Shown: piece after piece, positions 1 through 10,659 of the stretch | How the letters are laid out: each line of letters begins with the position of its first letter | Numbering within the stretch: the first letter of the stretch is position 1 | Origin: a virus | Lineage: Duplodnaviria > Caudoviricetes | DNA length: 64,000 nt | Strand: one strand, 5' to 3' | IMG/VR virus record: IMGVR_UViG_3300031992_004562 | Coordinates: 47,626 to 111,625 of that record | Translations under genes and position numbers: made by a program | Notes under the pieces: model-generated | Database searches by the model: none | Seen by the model: the letters and a program-made list of their open reading frames with translations, nothing else | Told to the model about the DNA's origin: nothing

Positions 1-663
1 ATTAGAAATTCAGATAAATTTATTGATGCAAATACTAAAGTTCGAAAAGATCGAGAACTTTGGTTATTTGAGGGTGCATCTGCTGCAAGTTGTTTCCGTG
101 TAGCAAGAAATCCACAAACTCAAGCAGCTTATCTTTTAAGAGGAAAACCATTAAACACCATTTCTCTTGGCCCAAGTAAGATTATGTCAAATCAAGAGTT
201 CAGTGATATTATTACTATATTAGGTTTGCAATGGGGAGAGAAAAATAAAGTTGATGGATTAAACTTTGGAAAAATAGTTTTCTGTTCTGATGCTGATGAG
301 GATGGAAGTAGTATTTGTGGATTATTGTTAACATTCTTTGGAATCCATTTCCCAGAATTATTTGATGAAGGAATGATTTGTAGAGCAATTTCTCCAATTA
401 TTGTTGCTGAAAAGGGAAAAGATTATAAAGCTTATTATAAATTGGAAGATTATAGAAAAGAGATGAATTCTCTTAAAGGCTATAAAATTAAATATGTTAA
501 AGGTCTTGGTACATTATCAACACCAGAATTTAAAGAAATGATGCAAAAACCAATTTATCATTATTTCACTAAAGATGATATGTATGAATTGAGTTTAAGA
601 TCATGGTTTGGTAAAGGTAATGCATCTGAACGTAAAGCAATGTTAAAAGAAGACGTAGAATAA
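1..663 (+). CDS. DNA topoisomerase II large (GyrB/gp39-60-like) subunit, C-terminal TOPRIM part; 5' end outside window
   Basis: Frame open from base 1; LFEGASA, LLRGKPLN, DADEDG and KGLG motifs. Confidence 0.93.
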   Translation: MRNSDKFIDANTKVRKDRELWLFEGASAASCFRVARNPQTQAAYLLRGKPLNTISLGPSKIMSNQEFSDIITILGLQWGEKNKVDGLNFGKIVFCSDADEDGSSICGLLLTFFGIHFPELFDEGMICRAISPIIVAEKGKDYKAYYKLEDYRKEMNSLKGYKIKYVKGLGTLSTPEFKEMMQKPIYHYFTKDDMYELSLRSWFGKGNASERKAMLKEDVE

Positions 664-664
664 T

Positions 665-1777
665 ATGAAATGCTATGATTTTTTAATAGTTGGTGCTGGT
701 TTATTTGGTGCAACATTTGCATATAAAGCTAAACAAGCTGGAAAGAAATGTTTAGTTATTGATAAGCGTAAACATCTTGGTGGAAATACTTATTGTGAAA
801 ATATTTACGGAATTAATGTTCATAAATATGGTGCACATATATTTCATACATCAAATAAGGAAATTTGGGACTTTGTAAATTCACTAGTCCCATTTAACAA
901 TTATATTAATTCACCTCTAGCCAACTATAAAGGCGATATATATAATTTACCATTTAATATGAATACATTTCACCAGATGTGGAATATTAATACACCAAAT
1001 GAGGCTGAGAATATAATTAATGAACAAAGAAAAAAATTAAATGGAAAAGAACCTGAAAATTTAGAAGAACAAGCTATATCTTTAGTTGGTAGAGATATTT
1101 ATGATATATTAATTAAAGGTTATACAGAAAAGCAATGGGGAAGAAAATGTTCTACACTTCCAGCATCTATAATTAAACGGCTTCCATTAAGATTCACATA
1201 TAATAATAATTATTTTAATGATACATATCAAGGAATTCCAATTGGTGGATATAATAAGTTAATTGAAAAATTATTGGAAGGTGTAGATGTTAAATTAGAT
1301 TGTAATTTCTTTGATCATAAAACTGGTGCACTTGCAGATAAAATAATTTATACTGGTCCAATAGATGAATTTTATGATTATCAATTTGGACATCTTGAAT
1401 ATAGAACAGTAACATTTACTCATGAAGTTATTTTAGACTATAATTATCAAGGAAATGCTGTTATTAATTATACAGATAAAAAGACTCCATATACAAGAAT
1501 AATAGAACATAAGCATTTTGAAACATTTGGAGGCAGTGTTTATGATAATCCAGTAACTGTTATTTCAAAAGAATATAGTTTGGAATGGAAACCTGGTATG
1601 GAACCATATTATCCAATTAATGACAATAAGAATAATCGAAAATATAATTTATATAAAGAACTTGCTGATAACGAACCAGATGTGTTCTTTGGTGGAAGAT
1701 TGGCAGAATACAAATATTATGATATGGCACCAACTATAGAAAGTGCAATAAAATTGGCAGAAAAAATAATTAAATAA
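665..1777 (+). CDS. glf: UDP-galactopyranose mutase
   Basis: GAGLFG FAD motif, HKYGAHIFHT, YTEKQWG, EPYYP, GRLAEYKYYDM. Confidence 0.96.
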   Translation: MKCYDFLIVGAGLFGATFAYKAKQAGKKCLVIDKRKHLGGNTYCENIYGINVHKYGAHIFHTSNKEIWDFVNSLVPFNNYINSPLANYKGDIYNLPFNMNTFHQMWNINTPNEAENIINEQRKKLNGKEPENLEEQAISLVGRDIYDILIKGYTEKQWGRKCSTLPASIIKRLPLRFTYNNNYFNDTYQGIPIGGYNKLIEKLLEGVDVKLDCNFFDHKTGALADKIIYTGPIDEFYDYQFGHLEYRTVTFTHEVILDYNYQGNAVINYTDKKTPYTRIIEHKHFETFGGSVYDNPVTVISKEYSLEWKPGMEPYYPINDNKNNRKYNLYKELADNEPDVFFGGRLAEYKYYDMAPTIESAIKLAEKIIK

Positions 1778-1782
1778 AATAT

Positions 1783-2538
1783 ATGGAACAAAAATTTTTA
1801 TATTCAATATTAACAGTTAACACAAATCATTATGAAAAAATACATGAGGTTCAAAATCCAAATCCTAATGTAGAGTATGTATGTGTAACAGATGATGAAA
1901 CATTAACATCTAAAACATGGAAACTTATTTATAAAAAAGATATTTGGTTTCTTGATGTAAAGCATAATGTATTTGATTATGTTTCTACAGATGTTTGCTT
2001 ATGGCTTGATGGAAGTTATCAAATAACTGATGACCCAACAGAAGAATTTGTTATGCCATTTATAAAATCAGATAAAGAAATGATGATATCATTGCATAAT
2101 TGGCGAACAAATGTCTTTGATGAATTATGCCAATGGTGGATTGGCAGAAATGTTCAAACAAAAAATGTAAAAGCCCTATGTTCTATATTATGTAAAAATG
2201 ATATGTCAGGAAAGGATATTTTATTCCAAACATCATGTTATTTAGTAAAGAAAACTGAAAGTGTTATAAAATTATATAATACTATTAGAGAAGTAGAAAA
2301 GGTATGTAGTATTGATGGACCATATAGAGATGACCAAGTTATTACATCAATGTGTATTGCAAAATTATTCCCAAATTGGAATAAATTAGTATTAATGGAT
2401 TTTGGACATATTTCAAATAACAAATATTTCCATATGTGTGCGCATGGTAGTGACCAAGCATATCGTTTTACAGCACTTAAAAACAGATGTTGGGATAAAG
2501 AACAACACTTATATAAAATTGGGCAGCCTTTTGATTAA
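1783..2538 (+). CDS. DUF616-like GT-A glycosyltransferase
   Basis: YVCVTDD, CLWLDGS, HxxR..DE and RDDQ motifs; directly follows glf. Confidence 0.65.
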   Translation: MEQKFLYSILTVNTNHYEKIHEVQNPNPNVEYVCVTDDETLTSKTWKLIYKKDIWFLDVKHNVFDYVSTDVCLWLDGSYQITDDPTEEFVMPFIKSDKEMMISLHNWRTNVFDELCQWWIGRNVQTKNVKALCSILCKNDMSGKDILFQTSCYLVKKTESVIKLYNTIREVEKVCSIDGPYRDDQVITSMCIAKLFPNWNKLVLMDFGHISNNKYFHMCAHGSDQAYRFTALKNRCWDKEQHLYKIGQPFD

Positions 2539-2658
2539 TCATGTTTTGGAAATTGTTATGTTAGGTGCATTTATATTTTTAGTTTTAGGAATTGCTTTTA
2601 TATATTGGATTGCGTATAAAAATGGAGACATTTAAAATAAGTCTCCATTTTATTTTGT

Positions 2659-2685
2659 AAACATTTATGTAAATATGAATATAAT
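2659..2685 (+). promoter_or_regulatory. Putative middle-class promoter AAAC-N17-TATAAT
   Basis: Same spacing recurs at 7133, 12108, 17115, 25884, 32486, 46826, 62807. Confidence 0.6.
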
Positions 2686-2701
2686 CTTTAAAAATTAAAT
2701 T

Positions 2702-3274
2702 ATGATAATTATGGGAGAACCAAAAAAGCCATATACATTAAAAATATCTAAATTATATTTAGAAAGATGGGGTGGTTGGTATTTTCAAAAATATTTAAAT
2801 GAAATTCAACAAACCATTGATAAAATTTATGTTTCAAAAGATGATGGAAATGTCGATAAAGTATTAAAAATTGATTTAATTAATACTGATAATGATGATT
2901 TAACACAGGAAGATATCGATAATAGAAAAGAAAAAGGGCTTATTACTGGAAATGTAAAAACCCATGAATTTCGCTATCTAAATAGTTTTTCATTTCATAG
3001 ATTGGAATTAGATAACAATGATTGTTTAATTTTTTATGAAAAAGCATTTGATGAAAATCAAATCATAAAAGAAAAATATATAGAAAATGAAAATAAACTA
3101 GTTAATTATTTATGGGGAAGTAATGTATATGTAATTTCAACTAATGATATTAAAGAACTTATGAAAGATCCTAAAAACAATATTAATGATAGAGGATCAA
3201 ATGGTGAATTTTTTGGTATTCCATTAAGTTGTGTAAAAGAACATTCACATGCATATAAATTTGGAGAAAAATAA
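2702..3274 (+). CDS. Hypothetical protein, possible PD-(D/E)xK-like fold
   Basis: DKVLKIDL...NVKT resembles the 10017 protein. Confidence 0.5.
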   Translation: MIIMGEPKKPYTLKISKLYLERWGGWYFQKYLNEIQQTIDKIYVSKDDGNVDKVLKIDLINTDNDDLTQEDIDNRKEKGLITGNVKTHEFRYLNSFSFHRLELDNNDCLIFYEKAFDENQIIKEKYIENENKLVNYLWGSNVYVISTNDIKELMKDPKNNINDRGSNGEFFGIPLSCVKEHSHAYKFGEK

Positions 3275-3286
3275 AAATGAAAATAT

Positions 3287-3772
3287 ATGAGCGAAAATAT
3301 TTATTTTTCAAAATCAATTAAACTTTTAGATATTAAAAAGAAATGTAAACAACTAAAAGTTGGAAAGCAAGAAAATTTATATGGAGATTCTGACATTCCA
3401 ACATATTCTATAACGCATAAAGAATTTCCAAACGAGAAGGTTTATGTTATTTTTAATAGGTATAAAGATAAATCATTAGATGCAAAATTAGGTGAAAATT
3501 GTGATGATAAAGAATTTTGTGAAGTAGAAAGATTTTATGAAAATGGTGATTATCATATTTTATTAATTTTAGCTGGAACATTTGACATTGAATATATTAC
3601 TGAAATTGATGAATGGAGTGAAGGAAATTTTGATAGATTTGTTTTACAGCCACATGTTAATAATGAATTTGCACCTATATTTGAAAAAGTTAATTTTCAT
3701 ACATTTTTTAAAGAAAAAGATGAGATTCCATATGAAGGAAGTCCAAAACCTGTAGAAAATTTATTTGAATAA
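3287..3772 (+). CDS. Hypothetical protein
   Basis: 161 aa ORF in co-directional cluster. Confidence 0.7.
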   Translation: MSENIYFSKSIKLLDIKKKCKQLKVGKQENLYGDSDIPTYSITHKEFPNEKVYVIFNRYKDKSLDAKLGENCDDKEFCEVERFYENGDYHILLILAGTFDIEYITEIDEWSEGNFDRFVLQPHVNNEFAPIFEKVNFHTFFKEKDEIPYEGSPKPVENLFE

Positions 3773-3774
3773 TT

Positions 3775-3999
3775 ATGGATAAATCTGAATTAAGAGCGCA
3801 AGCTGCTATATCTATATTAAATAGTTTATTGGAAACAACATCTCATTCAGTAATTGAATGTATAGCCATTAAAGAAATATATGCAAAGATTGCAGTTATG
3901 TATGCAGATGAATTAATAAAAGCTTTAGATACACCAGAAATTAATATAAAAGATGTAGAAAAAAGGCTAAAAGAAATAATTAAAAATAAAGGAGTTTAA
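3775..3999 (+). CDS. Hypothetical protein
   Basis: 74 aa ORF, tight spacing. Confidence 0.7.
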   Translation: MDKSELRAQAAISILNSLLETTSHSVIECIAIKEIYAKIAVMYADELIKALDTPEINIKDVEKRLKEIIKNKGV

Positions 4000-4010
4000 T
4001 GAAAATTAAA

Positions 4011-4050
4011 CTTCTATTTTTTCGTATAAATAAAAAGGATTAATTTTACA
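4011..4050 (+). promoter_or_regulatory. Variant copy of the CTTCTATTTTT early-promoter motif; also contains TATAAATA
   Basis: CTTCTATTTTTTCGTATAAATAAAAAGGATTAATTTTACA aligns with four other copies. Confidence 0.5.
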
Positions 4051-4070
4051 CAAATTAAAATTATAAAATT

Positions 4071-5600
4071 ATGGAAAGCAGTTTAAAAAATTTGATTAAT
4101 TATCTTCAAGACAATGTTATTGATCTTAATGATGATAATGAAATATCTGAAACATTAGTTAAATACATTGAAAATGATAAAAATTATTGTGAGAAAATTA
4201 AAAATATAATTAATTCTCATAAGGATGATGATTGGGAAGGCGCAGAATTTGTTGATGAGTTTAATGATGATTTTGGAATAGAGCTTCCAAATTATGATGT
4301 ATTGGATGCAATGGAGACAAATGAAATTCCAAATGAATTTGCAATTAATATTATTTCACCAGACGAGTGTTTTAAAACATTAAATGTTACATTAAAAGAT
4401 AATAATGGAGTATTGGAAATTGAAGATAAAACTCCTGGTTCTCAAATTAACATAAAAAATAATCAAGACAATGATACACGTTTGGCTGATTATTATTATG
4501 ACCTTGGTGTAAAGACTGGTCAAAAAATGTATTTTGAAATGGCCAAACGTTTAAAAGACCAAGCAAATATGCAAGCATTAAATGACATTCTTAAAAGAGC
4601 TGAAAATACGCCTGATGACGAAGATGATGAAGATGAAGATATTGATACAAGTGATATTGATGAAGACAATAAATTTGTAATGGAAGTTATTACTAAAGAT
4701 TATATTTGTAATGAAGAAGGATATTGGGGTAAAGATGATTGGGATGATTTAGTAAATGATGGTAATATCTTATGTTATATTTATGATGCTAATGAAGAAC
4801 CAATTACAGATTTTTCACCTGATTGGTTATATAAGATATTAGGAAAATATGAGAATATTCCTGGAGGATATTGCTTAGAAGATATGGAAAGCACATTTAT
4901 AGTATCAAAAGAAACATATGATGCATTGGCAAAAGACCCTCATTGCGATAGTGCAGATGATTATACAGAATGTGGATATAATTATAATGAAGATAATGAA
5001 GATGATGAAAATTCAGATTTAAGTGATATTGTTTTCAAAGGATGGAATCTTCACATGCCAATAAAACACGGTGGCAGAAAAGCACCAAAAGGTGGTAAAG
5101 AACATCTTGAATTTCTTAGGTATGATAGAAATTGTAATTTTTATAATTTCCTTTTAAGCGATGAAACTGATGATTTTGATGGGCATGGAAAACATGTTAA
5201 TCTAACAACAATGAATAAATGGGCATTAAAAGATATAGATGAGAAAATAAATTGGAGTGCTGAAAATGCTGAGATTATTCAATTTGGAACAACTAAATCT
5301 GGTATTGATTATGTTGCTGGTTGGGTTTGCATGGATTATGGATTGCCAATGGTAATATTCTTATATTGGGATGGTAAACATATTAGAGCATTTGTTCCAT
5401 ATCGTGGAAACTGTGTCGATACTGTAAGCAAATGTATGATTAATGAAGATTATGATAATAGTGCATACTTCAAAAAATATTATAATATTGATATGGGCCC
5501 TGATTTCATTTATGATTTGGGAGAAATGCTAGGGTCCGGTGATCAATTTAATTTTAAAGATTGCTTAGAAGAATTCGAAGCTCGTTTGGAAGCAATTTAA
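4071..5600 (+). CDS. Acidic hypothetical protein
   Basis: 509 aa D/E-rich ORF. Confidence 0.8.
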   Translation: MESSLKNLINYLQDNVIDLNDDNEISETLVKYIENDKNYCEKIKNIINSHKDDDWEGAEFVDEFNDDFGIELPNYDVLDAMETNEIPNEFAINIISPDECFKTLNVTLKDNNGVLEIEDKTPGSQINIKNNQDNDTRLADYYYDLGVKTGQKMYFEMAKRLKDQANMQALNDILKRAENTPDDEDDEDEDIDTSDIDEDNKFVMEVITKDYICNEEGYWGKDDWDDLVNDGNILCYIYDANEEPITDFSPDWLYKILGKYENIPGGYCLEDMESTFIVSKETYDALAKDPHCDSADDYTECGYNYNEDNEDDENSDLSDIVFKGWNLHMPIKHGGRKAPKGGKEHLEFLRYDRNCNFYNFLLSDETDDFDGHGKHVNLTTMNKWALKDIDEKINWSAENAEIIQFGTTKSGIDYVAGWVCMDYGLPMVIFLYWDGKHIRAFVPYRGNCVDTVSKCMINEDYDNSAYFKKYYNIDMGPDFIYDLGEMLGSGDQFNFKDCLEEFEARLEAI

Positions 5601-5606
5601 ATTTAA

Positions 5607-5633
5607 AAAGAGGATATTTAAATCCTCTTTTTT
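5607..5633 (+). terminator. Intrinsic terminator
   Basis: AAAAGAGGAT-loop-ATCCTCTTTT followed by T run. Confidence 0.7.
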
Positions 5634-5665
5634 AATAAATAATAAAATAAAGCTTTATTTAAAAT

Positions 5666-6235
5666 ATGAATAATAAACATTTATACAATAAAATTATAAA
5701 TGCTATAAATGAAAGTGTCTAGAATGCATTAAATGAATATAACAAATATGAAAATTCTGATCATCATCGTGGTGGCAATATTCATGATTTAAAATTTCTT
5801 GCATAGGTACTAACTAATAAATATGGTTATAAAGCATATCCTGTATCATCTACACTTGGAAAACCATATTAGTTAATTTTAAGAAGAGAAAGTGGAGTAA
5901 GAAAAAATGTTTATGTTCAACAACGAAAAAAGGGAACAACTTCAGGAAATATTGCATTAAGACTTAAAAAATATGGTGAAACATTATCATTATTAGACAA
6001 TCCAGAAATTAATGAAATTTGTTTGATATGCCCGCCTGTAATGAATTATGATCCAAGAGGTGAAGTAGTTGATAATACTAAAGCTTGTTTTTTTGAAAAA
6101 GATTATTTAAAAGATAAAGTTGAACATGGGGAAATTCCAATAACAAAAACACGAGATGGTGAAATGTTAATGCTTTCAGAAAAATGGATAAAAGAAAATG
6201 CAAAACAAATTATTTCATATAAATATATACGATAA
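5666..6235 (+). CDS. Hypothetical protein with variant leader B (MNNKHLYNKIINAINESVQNALNE), code 15
   Basis: ATG at 5666, three in-frame TAG, joins ORF 6023..6235; AATAAATA upstream. Confidence 0.75.
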
Positions 6236-6260
6236 AGAGAGTTTAAAAACTCTCTTTTTA
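6235..6260. terminator. Bidirectional terminator
   Basis: AAAGAGAGTTT/AAACTCTCTTT inverted repeat between convergent genes. Confidence 0.7.
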
Positions 6261-6263
6261 TTT

Positions 6264-7115
6264 TTATAAATTTATTACTGGACGAACGCTAAAACCAATA
6301 TAACGATTGTTAGTGAATACACGGATATTGTCTGAATAGAAATGCAAGTACCAAGCGTAATTGGGAACGCCTAAATAAAGACTTGAAGACCACAAGTTAC
6401 AGCCAGAACCAATGCCGTAGATATCAGAATCATTATGATAACCAGCTGCAGGAATAAACAATTGATTTCCATTCTTTCCTTTAAATATCCTGCCATTTAA
6501 TCCTTGAATTCCTCCATCAACTTTTAGATTATGCTTTATTTTATTAGGATTATAATTATTAACCCAATAACTATGAGTATAATTTATTAATTCTATATAC
6601 TGTTCTTCAGTTGGAATATGAAATTTAAAATTATGTAATTTTTTATTCTAGTAAGCAGCATCATCTTCAGGCAGTAATTCTGTTAAATTATCAGTAAATC
6701 CCCAAGTTTTTGTTATTTGATTATATCCCTTTTGAGGATTATTACAATATTTTGTTAAACAATCTTTTTCAGATAAATCTGTATAGTGTTCTGCATATTT
6801 ATATGTAGACCAACTGAATTCTGGTTTATTTGGTTTCAATTCGCCCCATGCATAATATCCACCATACCAATCTTCGGCTTTAGACAACTAATTCTAATTA
6901 ACTCCTAAATTATATTTGCACCATAAAGTGCCTGAAGGCAAACCTAAATCAACAACTTCTTTTATTAAATCATATTTCTATTTAATAACATCTTCTGCAT
7001 TAATGACATCATTATGTTGAGATAATGAACTAATTGGTTCATTATCTTCAAAATCATCAAGTGCAAGTTTAATGCCTCTATTTACAGCTTCTAATATCTG
7101 TTTATAATTTTTCAT
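6264..7115 (-). CDS. Leader A + DUF1566/FISUMP-like (C-type lectin-fold) protein, code 15; candidate DGR target
   Basis: MKNYKQILEAVNRGIKLALDDFED..VDLGLPSGTLW..YYAWGE..FIPAAG..GFSVRPV; continuous 283 aa with TAG=Q. Confidence 0.85.
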
Positions 7116-7183
7116 AATTCAATATATTTATTAAACAAAATAACAATTTATTCATATAATTTAAAAATAATAGAGTGCTTTAA

Positions 7184-8143
7184 ATGAAAATATTACAACC
7201 AAGTTTTTAGATATTAGAACAAGAACCAGGATTAAAAGGTATTTATAAAGCAATTGAATATCCTGGACGTATTTGCTATAATTCAACAGATAAAATAACA
7301 GAAGATTCTGCCGAAGAATTTGTTCATAATAGGTTAGAAGCATCTAATCATGGTGCACCTATGGAACATGGCGCAGTTTATTTGTATATTACTAGAAATG
7401 TTGATTATGATGAATGGCTTTCCCCTAGTCCAGAATATGGCAAGTATGATGAACTTTTAGAATTTTATAGTGATAACAAATATTCAAAAGTTGAAGAACG
7501 AGTATGTGTAGATTTAAAAGATCATTTATATATTTCGACTAATTATAGAGTTTTATTTGAGAATAATAGATTAGATGACTTAAAATATTTATGTGAACCA
7601 ACAGAATATCACCATAAAAGAGTAACTGTTAAATTCACTTGCAATATTGGAGTATCTCGTGAATTTAATAGACATCGTGCGGATTCTATTAATGAGGAGT
7701 CAACAAGATATTGTAATTATTCAAAAGATAAGTATGGTAATGAGATTTCTATAATTCAAAATAACAATAAACTGAGCAGATTTGATTTTAGTGCAGGAGT
7801 TAGAGAGTTTATTGATTATTGCAAGATAATTGTAGATAATGATAAAGAATATAATAACCCAAGAAATGGTTTTGGAGAAATAGATTATTGGCTATTTTCT
7901 AATGAAGCAGCTGAATGGTCATATATTGGTTTGACACAATACTGTGGCTGGAATGCACAAGATGCAAGAGATGTATTACCATTGGATACCAAATCTATAT
8001 TGGTTCATAGTGCATTTATAGATGATTGGAAGCATTTCTTCGATTTGAGAGCCATTGGAACTACTGGTGCACCTCATCCTCAAGCAAAAGAATTAGCATC
8101 GCCATTAATGGAAGAATTTAAGAAAAGAAATTTAATTGATTAA
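7184..8143 (+). CDS. thyX: FAD-dependent thymidylate synthase ThyX, code 15 (TAG at codon 9)
   Basis: GRICYNS, HGAPMEHG, SREFNRHR, EESTRYCNY, ARDVLP; N-terminus restored by reading TAG 7208-7210. Confidence 0.93.
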
Positions 8144-8146
8144 ATT

Positions 8147-8431
8147 ATGGATGTAAATACGTATAAATTAACTCATAAAAAGCCAGAGAAAAGTTTTGAA
8201 TATATTGGCATAGATGGAGAATATATTAAATATTTTTGTTGGAATCAAAATGGTTTTAATAATGCATTATATGATCATTTTGCAGGGGAAGAGATAAAAG
8301 ATAGTGAGAAAAAAGATATAAGAGAAAAAGCATGTTATAATTATCCTTTACATTATCCATGCATTATGAAAATACATACTTATAATTCATTTGAAGCTGG
8401 AAGATTAATAGCAGAATTTGAATATGAATAA
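8147..8431 (+). CDS. Hypothetical protein
   Basis: ORF in operon. Confidence 0.7.
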   Translation: MDVNTYKLTHKKPEKSFEYIGIDGEYIKYFCWNQNGFNNALYDHFAGEEIKDSEKKDIREKACYNYPLHYPCIMKIHTYNSFEAGRLIAEFEYE

Positions 8432-8453
8432 TGAATAAAAATAATTTAAAGTT

Positions 8454-9023
8454 ATGAAACAATTAGATTGGAAACATATTGAAAAATTATCAGAAGACGA
8501 TCATTTAAAAAATATTGAATTAGCAGAATCTGAATATAAAAAGATTTTTAAGAAATATAGAGAATATGATGATAAGCTTCACAATATAGAATCATATATG
8601 TATAATATACATTATCAATATATGTTAAAATATGTGAGATATAAAGACAAATATATTAAAATTGATTTACCTCGAAAAACAATATATATGTATGTTATGC
8701 ATGAAACATTTGAAACATACAAAGATAAAGATGGGAAACAATGTTATGAATATGAATTAAGAGGTGAAGGCTATATTCATGAAAAAGAAGCACTTCAAAA
8801 ATTTATATATCCTGAAAAAGATTGTTACACAGATGATGAGGTAAAAAGAATATTGTATGATGGATATAATATATCAAATCATTTACAAATATATGTGTCA
8901 AATGATAAAGGAAAAATTGGTCCACGCAAGCCAGAAGATATTGAAATAATTTCTAAAGAAGAATATGAAAATAATGTAAAAACATATTTAAAAAAGCTAT
9001 TAAAAAATTATGAGTCAAATTAA
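8454..9023 (+). CDS. Hypothetical protein
   Basis: ORF in operon. Confidence 0.7.
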   Translation: MKQLDWKHIEKLSEDDHLKNIELAESEYKKIFKKYREYDDKLHNIESYMYNIHYQYMLKYVRYKDKYIKIDLPRKTIYMYVMHETFETYKDKDGKQCYEYELRGEGYIHEKEALQKFIYPEKDCYTDDEVKRILYDGYNISNHLQIYVSNDKGKIGPRKPEDIEIISKEEYENNVKTYLKKLLKNYESN

Positions 9024-9312
9024 AATTGGTGAAAATGGGCCAAGATTTAGAATTGATAATGAATATGAAACTTGGAGAACAGATAAAGAATATTGGGTTG
9101 ATAAGTTTAATGAAATTAAAGATTCATATGATTTAGCATTTCCAGATCAACAAACACTTGCTGATTTAAGATATAAATTGCATAGATGGCAAATGTATGT
9201 TAATATGGCATTTAATATTCATAATTGTGATGCAATTAATGTTTCATTTGATTATGATACATGCACATTATATATTCATATGAATGAAGAACTTCAAAAA
9301 ATATTTGATTAA
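9010..9312 (+). CDS. Hypothetical protein
   Basis: ORF overlapping previous stop. Confidence 0.7.
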   Translation: MSQIKIGENGPRFRIDNEYETWRTDKEYWVDKFNEIKDSYDLAFPDQQTLADLRYKLHRWQMYVNMAFNIHNCDAINVSFDYDTCTLYIHMNEELQKIFD

Positions 9313-9317
9313 ATATT

Positions 9318-9509
9318 ATGAGCGTAAAAATTTTAAATAAAAAACCAGGATATAATGCTAAAACATGCAGCCAATGTGGTACAGTATTTAGTTATAATGA
9401 TAATGATATTCAAACTGAATACTATGACGTAGCTGCCTGGTGGGGAGACGACCCTTATAGTTATTACATTAAATGTCCAAAATGTGGACATAAAATTCAA
9501 TTAGGATAA
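9318..9509 (+). CDS. Small zinc-ribbon protein
   Basis: CSQC ... CPKC. Confidence 0.75.
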   Translation: MSVKILNKKPGYNAKTCSQCGTVFSYNDNDIQTEYYDVAAWWGDDPYSYYIKCPKCGHKIQLG

Positions 9510-9510
9510 T

Positions 9511-9969
9511 ATGAAAATTTTAGATCAATATGAATATTACAAGTTTCTTAAAATAAAAAGAAAATATTATAAGAGACATTGCATAAAAAGAATAGATCAT
9601 TTTAATGGTAAACGATTTGTTTCTTATTGGGAAAAAGAAGATTGGATTGGTTATGTAATTCCATCTTATTTATCATATACATTAGATAAATCTATTGCTA
9701 AAGAAGTAAAATGTGTAATTGGTTCAGAATTTTATGATAGTACTTTAGATACAGTAAAAGATTTATATGACAATATTTGGAAACAATATAAATTTTATTA
9801 TGATAATCCTGTAACAAATGAAAGAAATGAATATATAGGATATTTTATTGGAGTTATATTAACTAATAGAGATGCATATTTCTTAGCTAGTGATAAACAA
9901 TATTCTAAAAATAAAAATGATTATCAATTAGTTCCAATGTGGTGGAACGTAAAAGAACTAAATGAATAA
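9511..9969 (+). CDS. Hypothetical protein
   Basis: ORF in operon. Confidence 0.7.
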   Translation: MKILDQYEYYKFLKIKRKYYKRHCIKRIDHFNGKRFVSYWEKEDWIGYVIPSYLSYTLDKSIAKEVKCVIGSEFYDSTLDTVKDLYDNIWKQYKFYYDNPVTNERNEYIGYFIGVILTNRDAYFLASDKQYSKNKNDYQLVPMWWNVKELNE

Positions 9970-10016
9970 TATACGCTGATAACAAATAAAATAAATATAA
10001 AAATAAATTTTATATC

Positions 10017-10577
10017 ATGGAAGAAAAACAAATATATCAATTATCAAGAAAAGCAATAGAACCTATTATTGGAGTTATTGCCGAAAAATTATTTGGTGTT
10101 GAATTAGAACAAACTTCTGATGCAGAAGATAAAGCGTATAAAATAGATTTAAAAACAAATGATTTAAGTTTTAATATACAAGTTAAAACTAAAAAAACTA
10201 TCAATAATCATTATTACTATAAATCTGAAAAAGAAATCGAAAATAATACATATATTGCATTTTTAAAGGCTCCTATTAATGATGATATCATTGATTCATT
10301 AGGCTTGTTATATAATAAAAATGCAATTAAAAAGTACTTATTAGATAATCCAACAATATATTTTGTTGATACTGAATACCTTAAAATGCTTGTAAATGAA
10401 GAAGAAGTTGAATATAAAAAACAATATAATGAATTTTGGATAAAAGATTTTAATAATATTGAACATTATTATGATACTGAATATTATAAAACAACAAATG
10501 AACCATATGTAACAGAATATAAAATAACAAATGAAGATTTGAATATTTTAGATTTAACATATACACATATGAGATAA
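10017..10577 (+). CDS. Putative PD-(D/E)xK nuclease-fold protein
   Basis: E...EDKAYKIDL...IQVKT pattern. Confidence 0.5.
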   Translation: MEEKQIYQLSRKAIEPIIGVIAEKLFGVELEQTSDAEDKAYKIDLKTNDLSFNIQVKTKKTINNHYYYKSEKEIENNTYIAFLKAPINDDIIDSLGLLYNKNAIKKYLLDNPTIYFVDTEYLKMLVNEEEVEYKKQYNEFWIKDFNNIEHYYDTEYYKTTNEPYVTEYKITNEDLNILDLTYTHMR

Positions 10578-10659
10578 TGAGGAAAACATTTTCCTCATTA
10601 TTTTTTTAAACTTTGTTGTTAGTATTTAATAAAATTAATTAAACTAATGAATTATTAAT

